Assembly: GCA_032718475.1 (NCBI GenBank)
Contig: JAUCBJ010003467.1
Coordinates: forward strand, 1 to 64,000
DNA: 64,000 nt
DNA from: Nemertoderma westbladi
Lineage: Eukaryota > Animalia > Xenacoelomorpha
Direction: 5' to 3'
Shown: positions 39,931-52,439 of the stretch, one piece after another
Numbering within the stretch: the first letter of the stretch is position 1
Layout of the letters: each line of letters begins with the position of its first letter
Made by a program: the position numbers and the translations under genes
The notes under the pieces: generated by a model
Databases searched by the model: none
Seen by the model: the letters and a program-made list of their open reading frames with translations, nothing else
What the model was told of the DNA's origin: nothing

Positions 39931-42900
39931 AACCCACCCCGTTTATTCCACCCACCCCGTTTATTCCACCCACCCCGTTTATTCCACCCACCCCGTTTAT
40001 TCCACCCACCCCGTTTATTCCACCCACCCCGTTTATTCCACCCACCCCGTTTATTCCACCCACCCAGTTTATTCCACTACCCCGTTTATTCCACCCACCC
40101 CGTTTATTCCACCCACCCCGTTTATTCCACCCACCCCGTTTATTCCACCCACCCCGTTTTTTCCACCCACCCCGTTTATTCCACCCACCCCGTTTTTCCA
40201 CCCACCCCGTTTATTCCACCCACCCCGTTTATTCCACCCACCCCGTTTATTCCACCCACCCCGTTTATTCCACCCACCCCGTTTATTCCACCCGCCCCGT
40301 TTATTCCACCCACCCCGTTTATTCCACCCACCCCGTTTATTCCATCCACCCCGTTTATTCCACCCACCCCGTTTATTCAACCCACCCCGTTTATTCCACC
40401 CACCCCGTTTATTCCACCCACCCCGTTTATTCAACCCACCCCGTTTATTCCACCCACCCCGTTTATTCCACCCACCCCGTTTATTCCACCCACCCCGTTT
40501 ATTCATCACACCCCGTTTATTCATCACACCCCGTTTATTCCACCCACCCCGTCTATTCCACCCACCCCGTTTATTCCACCCGCCCCGTTTATTCCACCCA
40601 CCCCATTTATTCCACCCACCCCGTTTATTCCACCCGCCCCGTTTATTCCACCCACCCCGTTTATTCCACCCACCCCGTTTATTCCACCCACCCCGTTTAT
40701 TCCACCCACCCCGTTTATTCCACCCACCCCGTTTATTCCACCCACCCCGTTTATTCCACCCACCCCGTTTATTCCACCCACCCCGTTTATTCCACCCGCC
40801 CCGTTTATTCCACCCACCCCGTTTATTCCACCCACCCCGTTTATTCCACCCACCCCGTTTATTCAACCCACCCCGTTTATTCCACCCACCCGTTTATTCC
40901 ACCCACCCCGTTTATTCCACCCACCCCGTCTATTCCACCCACCCCGTTTATTCCACCCGCCCCGTTTATTCCACCCACCCCGTTTATTCCACCCACCCCG
41001 TTTATTCCACCCACCCCGTTTATTCATCACACCCCGTTTATTCCACCCGCCCCGTTTATTCCACCCACCCCGTTTATTCCACCCACCCCGTTTTTTCCAC
41101 CCACCCCGTTTATTCAACCCACCCCGTTTATTCCACCCACCCCGTTTATTCCACCCACCCCGTTTATTCCACCCACCCCGTTTATTCCACCCACCCCGCC
41201 TATTCCACCCACCCCGTTTATTCCACCCGCCCCGTTTATTCCACCCACCCCGTTTATTCCACCCACCCCGTTTATTCCACCCACCCCGTTTATTCCACCC
41301 ACCCCGTTTATTCATCACACCCCGTTTATTCCACCCGCCCCGTTTATTCCACCCACCCCGTTTATTCCACCCACCCCGTTTTTTCCACCCACCCCGTTTA
41401 TTCCACCCACCCCGTTTATTCCACCCACCCCGTTTATTCCACCCACCCCGTTTATTCCACCCACCCCGTTTATTCAACCCACCCCGTTTATTCCACCCAC
41501 CCCGTTTATTCAACCCACCCCGTTTATTCCACCCACCCCGTTTATTCCACCCACCCCGTTTATTCCACCACCCCCCGTTTATTCCACCCACCCCGTTTAT
41601 TCCACCCACCCCGTTTTATTCCACCCACCCCGTTTATTCCACCCACCCCGTTTATTCCACCCACCCCGTTTATTCCACCCACCCCGTTTATTCCACCCAC
41701 CCCGTTTATTCCACCCACCCCGTTTATTCCACCCACCCCGTTTATTCCACCCACCCCGTTTATTCAACCCACCCCGTTTATTCCACCCACCCCGTTTATT
41801 CAACCCACCCCGTTTATTCCACCCACCCCGTTTATTCCACCCACCCCGTTTATTCCACCCACCCCGTTTATTCCACCCACCCCGTTTATTCATCACACCC
41901 CGTTTATTCATCACACCCCGTTTATTCCACCCACCCCGTCTATTCCACCCACCCCGTTTATTCCACCCGCCCCGTTTATTCCACCCACCCCGTTTATTCC
42001 ACCCACCCCGTTTATTCCACCCACCCCGTTTATTCCACCCGCCCCGTTTATTCCACCCACCCCGTTTATTCCACCCACCCCGTTTTTTCCCACCCACCCC
42101 GTTTATTCAACCCACCCCGTTTATTCCACCCACCCCGTTTATTCCACCCACCCCGTTTATTCCACCCACCCCGTTTATTCCACCCACCCCGCCTATTCCA
42201 CCCACCCCGTTTATTCCACCCGCCCCGTTTATTCCACCCACCCCGTTTATTCCACCCACCCCGTTTATTCCACCCACCCCGTTTATTCCACCCACCCCGT
42301 TTATTCATCACACCCCGTTTATTCCACCCGCCCCGTTTATTCCACCCACCCCGTTTATTCCACCCACCCCGTTTTTTCCACCCACCCCGTTTATTCCACC
42401 CACCCCGTTTATTCCACCCACCCCGTTTATTCCACCCACCCCGTTTATTCCACCCACCCCGTTTATTCAACCCACCCCGTTTATTCCACCCACCCCGTTT
42501 ATTCAACCCACCCCGTTTATTCCACCCACCCCGTTTATTCCACCCACCCCGTTTATTCCACCCACCCCGTTTATTCCACCCACCCCGTTTATTCCACCCA
42601 CCCCGTTTATTCCACCCACCCCGTTTATTCCACCCACCCCGTTTATTCCACCCACCCCGTTTATTCCACCCACCCCGTTTATTCCACCCACCCCGTTTAT
42701 TCCACCCACCCCGTTTATTCCACCCACCCCGTTTATTCCACCCACCCCGTTTATTCAACCCACCCCGTTTATTCCACCCACCCCGTTTATTCAACCCACC
42801 CCGTTTATTCCACCCACCCCGTTTATTCCACCCACCCCGTTTATTCCACCCACCCCGTTTATTCCACCCACCCCGTTTATTCATCACACCCCGTTTATTC

Positions 42901-43273
42901 ATCACACCCCGTTTATTCCACCCACCCCGTCTATTCCACCCACCCCGTTTATTCCACCCGCCCCGTTTATTCCACCCACCCCGTTTATTCCACCCACCCC
43001 GTTTATTCCACCCACCCCGTTTATTCCACCCACCCCGTTTATTCCACCCACCCCGTTTATTCATCACACCCCGTTTATTCCACCCACCCCGTTTATTCCA
43101 CCCACCCCGTTTATTCCACCCACCCCGTTTATTCCACCCACCCCGTTTATTCCACCCACCCCGTTTATTCCACCCACCCCGTTTATTCCACCCACCCCGT
43201 TTATTCCACCCACCCCGTTTATTCAACCCACCCCGTTTATTCCACCCACCCCGTTTATTCCACCCACCCCGTT
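39931..43273. repeat. 18-bp C/G strand-skewed minisatellite (~185 copies)
   Basis: Unit ttattccacccaccccgt. Confidence 0.97.
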
Positions 43274-43687
43274 ACTGATATATTTATTTATTTAACTAAC
43301 AGTTACTGCATATTTATTTATTTAACTAACAGTTACTGTATATTTATTTATTTATATTGTAAGCAAAATCAATCGTAAACATTATCGTATTTATAGTTAT
43401 TTATTTAGAAATCTATATATATTAATAGTTTAGTAGTATTTATTAGTATCTATATTAATCATGCAATAAATAATTATATACTAACGTTTATTAATACACA
43501 ATTATTGTGCCTTTATAAAGTGTCTCATTTATATTTGTTGGTCATGTGTGCGCGCTATCGCATATATATATTATTCGTAATGACAATAAATTAACTAACT
43601 AGGAATATAATATGGGGCCAATATATTTCTTGAGTGAGCCGGTTAGATTTGATTGGAGAATTCCCTTCGGTGGTTGCTTTATCTATT

Positions 43688-44848
43688 GTGGGGCGAGCCA
43701 CGAAAGTAAGCGAGCTTATAATACGGGTACCACTAACTCAATCGGTGTGTCTGTCATTCTGTTGTTCTGTCGTGTTCAATTTTAAACGTTAATAACTCAG
43801 CCAAATGTTAATGAAATCTATCCAACATGTGTGTGGTACACATGTAGTCTGGCAAAAGTTTAGAAAATTAACAAGTTGAATTTCCGTGTGGCTAAGCTAA
43901 GATAAGATAATAGCAGTTAATTAGTTTAAATTAAGTTGATTAGGGTAAAACAGCATTTTTCAATCTCTTAAAAGGATATTAATTATTTTCTGTATAAGAT
44001 TTAAATAGTTATACTTAAAAATTATACAGCTGTATTCCTCATACCCTATTCCGTTATAGTTTTTAATTAGTTTAAGAGATTTGCTTTAAGAAATGTGTTT
44101 TAAATTGATTTAAACGTAATTAACTTATTAAAATGCCCCGTCTCCAGCTATAGCGCCCTCCTTTGTTGGCATGCTTGCAATAGCAAGTATGCCTGGCCCA
44201 GCTTGAAAGGGGAACCAGTCCAACCACACCGCACCTCTACTCAAAGGCAGCATTGTAATGAGCCAGACTAATAAGCCAGCTTGGTTATTGTGTTTAGCTT
44301 ACAAAATGATTGGCCGAGTACTTAATAATGATTATTTAGAATAATTAGCTAAATAATTTCGTTGAGGTGTTGACGTAGTAAATAAATATTTCAGTATCAA
44401 TACTATCGGCATAAGGTAAGTTTTATATTACTTACAAATTGGGTCGCCTTGACGCCTAAAATATTTAATATATTACTTTATGAGTTTAACATGTTACTAA
44501 TAACATGAGTTTATTGATTTCTTTGTTGGTTAAGTAAATTAAATAATATGCGATCTTAATTATTTTTGCTAGAAATTTGTGCTGTTTGTATATTTGTGAA
44601 TCGCTTCCAGTTGTATTTTTGTTATATTAAAAATAAATATAACATATTACTTTTAAAACACAAATGTTATGTTAATACATTGTGCAAATTAAGAGGGAGG
44701 TTAAGGGGGGGGGGGGGGGGGGGGCTTTTCCCTCTCTTTGATTTACTGGTGTTTGGTTAAATTTCTTAGGACCGAGTTTGTGATACAGTAGAATATTAAT
44801 CTGTATATAACTGAGCCTCGTGTTGAGAGAAGCCCCCACGAACGTGTA
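43688..44848 (+). mobile_element. Helentron/DINE-like non-autonomous element, apparently full length
   Basis: 5' gtggggcgagccacgaaag, shared core, 3' gcctcgtg...gcccccacgaacgtgt. Confidence 0.7.
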
Positions 44849-45327
44849 ACTATAGCTCATATGGTTGAAGTTGTGTTACTCTATTTTGTCGTAAAGGTCA
44901 AACTGATATTAGCTAGACTGAAGGTTTGTCTGTAGAAGTATCGTACAGTTTTTTCGGTTATCAATTAACTAGGGTTTTAAAAACACATTCCATGTTTTAA
45001 AACAAATGTTTTATTTTGTTTTTGTTTTTTATTTAAAAAAGCAATGTTTTTTTATGTTTTTTTATTTTATTATGTGGCCATACTGGTAGTTTGAGCTCAA
45101 GTACTATCCTATATACAGTAGTTCATAAAAATCCAGCACAAAAAAGTTTTGAGTACGAAAAAAAGAAAAAAGTACAATAGGCCTAGTTCATTAAGTAATA
45201 TTAATTAAGTAATACATTCGTCTCAATTTATTAGTCCTGTTCTCAACTATTCAGGACTATTTATCGTCAATCTCCACGCAACTATCCTCATCCCCCGTCG
45301 CTCTCCTCCTTTTCCTCCTCACCACTC

Positions 45328-45745
45328 CAGTCGGGGAGAAGTTCAAATTCCAACTGAGTTTAAATTTAAAACGTTTTATTATAATTTAAACTCTTAAGTT
45401 GTAAATTCAACTCTAAAATGGCAGAGCAGAAGGCTCCCAAGACGTTATGTTTCAGAAGGGGTGTGTTTTTTTTATGGATGTAACTCGAAAAATTAACCCT
45501 CATTGCCGATGGAATAAAAACTATCAACTTTCTTTGGCATTTTTTTTTAATTTTAAGTGAATTTACATTTGGAAATTAGCTGAAATACTACTGTTATCTA
45601 TTAGACCTATTCTACCACACTATTTCCAACAGTCCAAACTCCAAACCTACTCCAAAAGTTGAATATAAAAAATTTAATTATTAAAAATTTGGAATTTCAA
45701 ATTTTTCGAATTTCAAATGTTTAAAATATTACTTCTCCCCGACTG
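45328..45745. mobile_element. MITE with 15-bp perfect TIR and 5-bp TSD
   Basis: cagtcggggagaagt / acttctccccgactg, flanked by cactc (45323-45327, 45746-45750). Confidence 0.85.
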
Positions 45746-46799
45746 CACTCTCCTCTTTGACCTCATCGCCCAATGCCGTTCCGTACAGGAATATTTATTG
45801 TTTTGGTTCCCTCAACACGCCTCTGTAACCTGCTCCTTTACTAACCGGCTCCCTTGATAGTAATATTAAATGGGGGACAACTCCTTCTGAATGGATCAAC
45901 AATTCCCGTATGAAGACAGAAATATTGATCCGTGAGCTGATGTTTATTCACGGATCAATATATTATACCTGTACGGAACGGCTTGTCTCATCGCCATCCT
46001 CCACATCAGCTTCTCCCGCCACCCTGAATGGGTGGATGATAGCTGCTCCCCCTTTGCTGCGGCCGTGCTGCTCTGCAGGCTCAGATTGAAAGATATCTTC
46101 ATCAGCGCATTTCACACGACACGCCTCTGGCAGTCTGGCTGGAGGAGATTGTTGCGGCTCACAGTCCGAGTACACGTAGTGTAAACAGAAAAGTACCGGT
46201 GCTTATTGCCTCTACTTTTTTACTGCACTGCCATTTAAAAAAAACATAATTAAAACATCATTATACATGGATAATTAAAAACATTTTTTTTAAATCCTAC
46301 AATTAACACACTTTCTGTAGATAATATTGGGTAGGACTTATAAACCGATATTCTTTCTGGGTTTGATTTGATTTGATTATAATTATTTCGTTTCACAAAT
46401 CGACAGCACATAGAGAGAAGATTATTATACCGTATATAGCCAGCTGCCACCATTATTTTATATTTAGAAAGGTATTGAGGAATTTGGGTTTTATTCTTCA
46501 GTAGTCTAGGGAACCCCAGACAAGCAGAAGGATGGTTCTTTTGTCTTCAAAACACAAAACCCCTGCAATCAAGAAATTACTACGTCGAATTCAGCGTAAA
46601 AAATAAACTCAAAAATAACTCAAAAAAAACAAAAAAAAAAACCAACAAACACCTCGTTTCTAATTGAAAATCTGGCTGCTCTTACTGATTCATTGGAATA
46701 TGTTTACCTCGAGTCTCGTCGGGGCATTGAAAATCGAATAATGAGAGAAAAGAACACAAAAAAAAGTTTTGTAGGAACACTAAGGACAATCTCTTACGA

Positions 46800-47330
46800 C
46801 GACGTTGTGGAATCTCTGCAATGAAAGACTTAAACAGAAAGGTTTATACTAGTGATGTTGATCGAGCAAACTTAATTAATGACACTTTCAAGTCAGTGTT
46901 GATCAAGCATGATGGAAATGACCCATGTCCATCACCCAAACACCCCCTGGTATTACACTATCATTTAAAGCCTGGTAAAGCTTCAGGTCCTGACGATATA
47001 CCCCCTTCCTTGCTTCAACATCTGTCTGTTTGGATATGTGGGCCTTTAGAGACGCTTTTCCAACAGTTCCATGATTGCAGCTTCGTACCTAGTTCGTGGC
47101 GTCAAAAATTTGATCCAAATTTGGCCTTTGATCAAAAATAAGGGTTCTCGTTCAGATCCGGCAAATTACAGACCCATTTCGCTAACTTCGATACTTGTCA
47201 AAGTAATGGAAACTGTCGTCAGAAATGAGATTATGTCATATCTACTGTAGTACGAATAAAGGCTATCAGTTCTTCATGGATCATGGATTTCTACAGAAAA
47301 AGTCAACCTTCACTCAGTTACTTGAATCAC
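46800..47330 (+). mobile_element. Decayed CR1/Jockey-like RT fragment
   Basis: KASGPDDIP, then a frameshifted DPANYRPISLTSILVKVME. Confidence 0.8.
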
Positions 47331-47389
47331 CTTATGACTAGGTCAGGTTCCGAAATAGTATTCACTCAATTCACCCTGTGTGTCGCGGG

Positions 47390-48230
47390 TTGTCAGTGTG
47401 TTTTGTCTACTGTTGATGGTGACACAGAACCTTTCGAAATGTTATGGGGAGTCCTTCACGGAGACACTTGCGCCATTCTTGTTTATAATTGTGGTTGACT
47501 TGCGCAATTCTTGTTTATAATTGTGGATGACTATGTTCTACGCATGTCCTTAGATCATCATATTGATGATGGGGTGATGGTAACTCCACCTACTGGCCCC
47601 AGAAGTCGAAGAAATCCTGCCAAGTACCTAACTGATATAGACTTTGCTGATGACTTAGGAGTACTCTCAGAATCACTAGAGGGAGTCCAACGGCTCCTCA
47701 GCTCATTAAAACAGGCTGCTTCTAGTGTTGGTCTTTTTATTAACTCCAGAAGACCACAATTTTGACAGTTAACCTTAAAAGTCCTCAGCAAGTCTCTGAC
47801 CGGATGAGCATAAGCTCAAAGGATGGTATGCTTGAGCATGTGGACGACTTCTGTTATCTGGGATCATGGATCCGGAAGTCAGGTGAGGACCTTCGAATAC
47901 GTAAGGGAAAGGCATGGGCAGCCCTGGATTGGCTTTTCAGGATTTGGAAATCACATAGAGTTGATCGGAAACTTCGATTATTTAGAGCAGCAGTAGTTCC
48001 AGTACTCCTCTATGAGAGTCCATGCTGGGCTGTTACTGCTGAGGACACCAAATCTCTGGATGGCACATACACAAGAATGCTACGCCGGGTTCATTGTGTC
48101 AAGTACAATGCACACATCTCCAACCAGGCACTATATAACATTGGAGGTGTCTCATTGGTTCCCCCAAGCAAGCTTAACACTAGAACAAAGCCGCCTCCGC
48201 TTTGCAGGACATTGCTTTCGCCGTGAATTC
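47390..48230 (+). mobile_element. Decayed RTE-like RT fragment
   Basis: GVLHGDT, FIIVDDYVLR, DIDFADD, FCYLGSWI and VPVLLY across frameshifts. Confidence 0.85.
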
Positions 48231-49201
48231 CTGTCACACGAAATAAATCCATTTATTATGTCAATGTGAAGTATAGTTATGAAAATATTTGACTGGAAGT
48301 CTAAGAATAAAAAACGGCCATTCCTTGAGACAGAGAGGGGGGGGGGGGGGCTGGACGCAAAACCCGCCTTGGCGAATTATCCCGCCTCAATGTTAAATTC
48401 TCAATTTAGGGAAAGGAGCAGGTTACAGTGGCACGTTATTTTAACCAAAACAATAAACTAAACACAATAGAACAGGTTACAGTTTTATTTTTGAGAGTAA
48501 TCAAATTTGCGTCCAATTTCCCCTGGAGAGGTATGAATTTTTATTGCGTCCAGTCCCCCCCCCCCCCCCCCCCCCCTCCCTATCTGGGACAGGTTGGAAA
48601 GCATTAACACCGTACTGCCGTATTTGGGACAGCAGAAAGCCCCATAGGTGAATGAAAACCCCCTATTCTGGACAATGATGTAGACACTATACTATTATCA
48701 GTTAGGCCTAGGGCAAGAGTAATACTCCTGTACTCCAGTTCTGCAGTTGCAGTACTTCAGGTCCGAGCGCCATGCGCCAAGACGGCGCATTTTGCGATTT
48801 TCGAGCGCCCCATACCTGCATACTGGCGAATTTATTGTAAAGCGCCCCGGATTAATCCGGTGCAAAGTGTATGTATTACAGTCTGGCTTCAGTTTCAGTC
48901 TGGCAGTACACTGGTACAGCTGAAGGGTTCATTTACTGTACCGGTACCGGTACTCCTACCTACTGCTCTACTGCTGTACTGGCTACTGCCAGCTGCTATA
49001 CGGTAGTTTAATAATGTTTTAGGCCACCATCTGACCACACTTGACACTTGTATGTAACCTTTGGTGCTGCGGGGCTGGCTGCGGCGAACCCAACTTGAAA
49101 GTTGTTGTTAGGGTTAGGTTAGCTCACTAGGGCCTACTCACCAAATTGCCGAGAGTCACCGATAGCGCGATAGGCAGATCAGATAGCAGGATAGGCGATA
49201 G

Positions 49202-49811
49202 GGGTCCGTCTAAACACCCAAATCACAACAAATCACACCAAATCATAAACCAAATCACACCAAACCAAATCACACTGAATGATAGGCTACCGGTACCAAG
49301 TCACAAAAAAAAATTGAAAAGTGAAGGAGCAGATTACAGGATTACAGTGGTAGCCAGAAGGAACCAAAACAATAATGATTAGAAAAAATAAAAATTAGAA
49401 TTTTTTGTGTGATTTGGTGTGATTTTGTTAGCGCATTAGACAAAACCCTTTAATGTATATATTTAACATTTATATATAATTTAACCTATAATTTTTAACC
49501 CCTTAAGTCTGTAAGTGGACTGGACTGGGCGACTGGGGTTTTTACTCCTTACATGTATAAATGTGACTCTGCCTGCAGTAACACCGCCTAGACTTACAAA
49601 TTCGGAATCCAAGTCAAGTTGGCTGTGTATATACTGATATATAACGACGCTAGGTGGCGTTCGAATCATATCAGTCCATGATCTATCTTATCAATATACA
49701 CGGAACTTTAAACTTAAATCGAGCAAAATAAGTAGACTAAAACCGCAAAGAACAGTTTTGCGTTAACAGATTTGTTGTGATTTGGTGTGATTTGAGTGTT
49801 TAGACGGACCG
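49202..49811. mobile_element. MITE with inverted termini and caaatcacac subrepeats
   Basis: ggtccgtctaaacacccaaatcacaacaaatcacac vs tgtgatttggtgtgatttgagtgtttagacggacc. Confidence 0.75.
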
Positions 49812-49983
49812 GGAAATAGGCTGCCATACAAGTCCAGAAGTCGGCGAGTTACAGTCAGGCAGTTCTTTATTCTGTTATTATTGCGTATTGTTATTCGCTC
49901 AAAATTAAAAATATTAAAACAATAAATTCACCACACTGCCAGATACCGGTATATCATGAGTAATACTCATGCAGTCTAATGCA

Positions 49984-50054
49984 GTCCTGGGATGTTTTTC
50001 CCTCTCTATACTCATTGCAGCATTGAGTATAGAGAGGGAAAAACATCCCAGGAC
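49984..50054. repeat. Perfect 31-bp inverted repeat with 9-nt spacer
   Basis: gtcctgggatgtttttccctctctatactca-ttgcagcat-tgagtatagagagggaaaaacatcccaggac. Confidence 0.9.
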
Positions 50055-50129
50055 AGCAGGACGTTGCGTTGCACTTTCGGGATGAGTCCTGTTCCTGTAA
50101 GCCTATAGGCCTACTGCTATGACAGTGGC

Positions 50130-50400
50130 AGGAAATTGATGAAATGTTATGTCCGGTGTGTAATAGTGGCGAGGTTGAGGACGAATTCCATTTTACCCTG
50201 ATTTGCTCAGCTTATGCCGAAGCAAGAAGTAAATTCTTACCTGTGGTTATGTATCGCTCTCCAAGTAGGCCTATTAATGGATTCCATTCACTTTTGTTAT
50301 CAAAATCGGAAGCAATAATCAAAAATTTTGGCATTTTTGTATATAAATCAATGGCAATACAGCAATAAGGTCCGCCATATTAGGATGTTGATAAACTCTG
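50130..50400 (+). mobile_element. LINE C-terminal CCHC zinc-knuckle remnant
   Basis: CPVCNSGEVEDEFHFTLICSAY motif typical of non-LTR ORF2 C-termini. A ~100-bp tandem duplication follows (~50459-50650). Confidence 0.7.
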
Positions 50401-52439
50401 TTACAAAAACTATTAGTACCCTACCCATACAATGTGCATACCCATATATTACACTTTATTACCTATCTTTGAAGTATTTTGGTGCTTATTTTATGTTATT
50501 AATGCGGTTCTGGTTCGTAAAAGTGTGCAAGTAATTAAGTGCTTGTAGGTCTATGTTACCTATCTTTGTAGTATTTTGGTGCTTATTTTATGTTATTAAT
50601 GCGGTTCTGGTTCGTAAAAGTGTGCAAGTAATTAAGTGCTTGTAGGTCTATAACTGTTGACGGTGACGGGTTTTGTTCTTATATTTCTTTTGTGCAATTT
50701 ACAACAATAGCATTAGGTTGCTTGTTGAAGTTTATATAATTGTATAATTAGCATTGATTTGCGTTTTAAATGGTTGTCGGCTGTCGGCGTAGCGTTTACA
50801 CCCAATAAATACGCAGCTGTATCTGACAACTCGTTGCCAATTAAACAAACTTTCGCTTTATGTAACATGCATAGTTTTATTGGTTTCGATTTATTAAATA
50901 AGGCCGTAGGTCTACTACAATATTTTCGTGCAATATATATTAATTCTGATAAAATTACGTGTTTTAAATAAGCCTCGAAACTTGTATTTATGTCATATTC
51001 AAATATTCATATATGAGTATATTGAATTATAAATTTATTAACACATGGCTTCTAATTTTGTTTGAAAGTAATATTCCAAGATTTTGATCGTATTTACTTT
51101 TAAATACATTAAATGTATCAATTTTAAACCAAAACAGTTATGGTATTGGAATTATGTAACATATTATATTAGGTAGGAAACAATGTATAGGGTTATAGGT
51201 TGTTTCAAAAAAAAATATTACATTTTTTACAATGATTACTCAAAAAGCATTAAAACCCTTAAGATAAATTCGATTATTAAGTTTTAAAAATATAAAACAA
51301 ATCTCTCTCTATCATAATAAACAACAAATCTAGCTCCTGATTCGTTGGTTTCGAATTTTATATCAATGTTTCCGGGCCTTACCTTATTTATGATAGTAAA
51401 TTGTATTATATAGGTTGTTTTAAAAAAAATTTCTTTATAATGTGGTCTATGCAAAACTGGCGTATAGGTGGTTTTAAAACGATAAATATCTCAGTTATAC
51501 GTGGGGGTGGGAGTATGGCCTTCTAAGTGTGTTAATCGGATTCAGAATACATTTTAACATAAAGAAATGCAGCAATCTCCATTTCGCCAAAAATGGCATA
51601 TAGGTGGTTTCAAAATGAAAGGGACGATATATAGGTACAACTGTACAACCTTACAGTCTTTGTTTACAGGTTTAGGCCCTACCGAATTACAAAAGGAAGG
51701 GGTTTAAAGAATCAGATTAATTTCACACAACTTAGGGGCGAAAGGCAGAAAGGGACCAGTGGAATCGAACCCCCACCAGATGGCTGTGATTATAATTGTG
51801 ATAAGTTTTTCATACACGATGAGGAACATGTTTTTGTGATAAGTTTTCCATACACGATGAGGAACATGTTTTATTGAAGTGCAGTGCAGCCTTACATACC
51901 GGTATGATATAGGTTACTACTATGGTTATGTTGGAATATGTGATATGTTATGGTTATGTATCTGTAAGCGATTTATTTAATAACGATACAAATTTGAATT
52001 AAGTTTTGTACATTTATGTCTGAAGTTATTTTCCATGGACAAATATTGTTAAAAGGTTTGCTAACTTGCAGTACCGTTACTCCTGTAATAATTTGTGCCA
52101 ATTGGTGTTATTCACTTATTGTATGTAATATTTCGATATATTTGTCAATAAACATATACACATTAAACATATTATTATTACATTATTATCTACATGTAAA
52201 TATTTCCCGGAATAGGCTAATAAATTCTGAAATTACCGGTAGGCCTAATAAATTAGTGATGTGAATTCCAATAAATATTTAATTAGGTCTGTTATCATTG
52301 TTATCTGATTATTTCTATGCCTAGCGTTATAATATACTAAAACAAAAGTGACCGACCCAGTACACCATGATGTATAGTTCTAACTCAGACAATGAACAGA
52401 TGAATGGAAATAATTAAATATCCAATCCGTATATAAACA

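Noticed and set aside
39823-43278. 1151-aa Pro-rich (extensin-like) ORF and antisense Gly-rich ORFs
   Set aside because: 18-bp repeat cycling through three frames via indels; TTG start.
49105-49125. Telomeric repeat (ttagggttaggttag)
   Set aside because: Only 2-3 degenerate units, interstitial; similar short words at ~36790 and ~63155.
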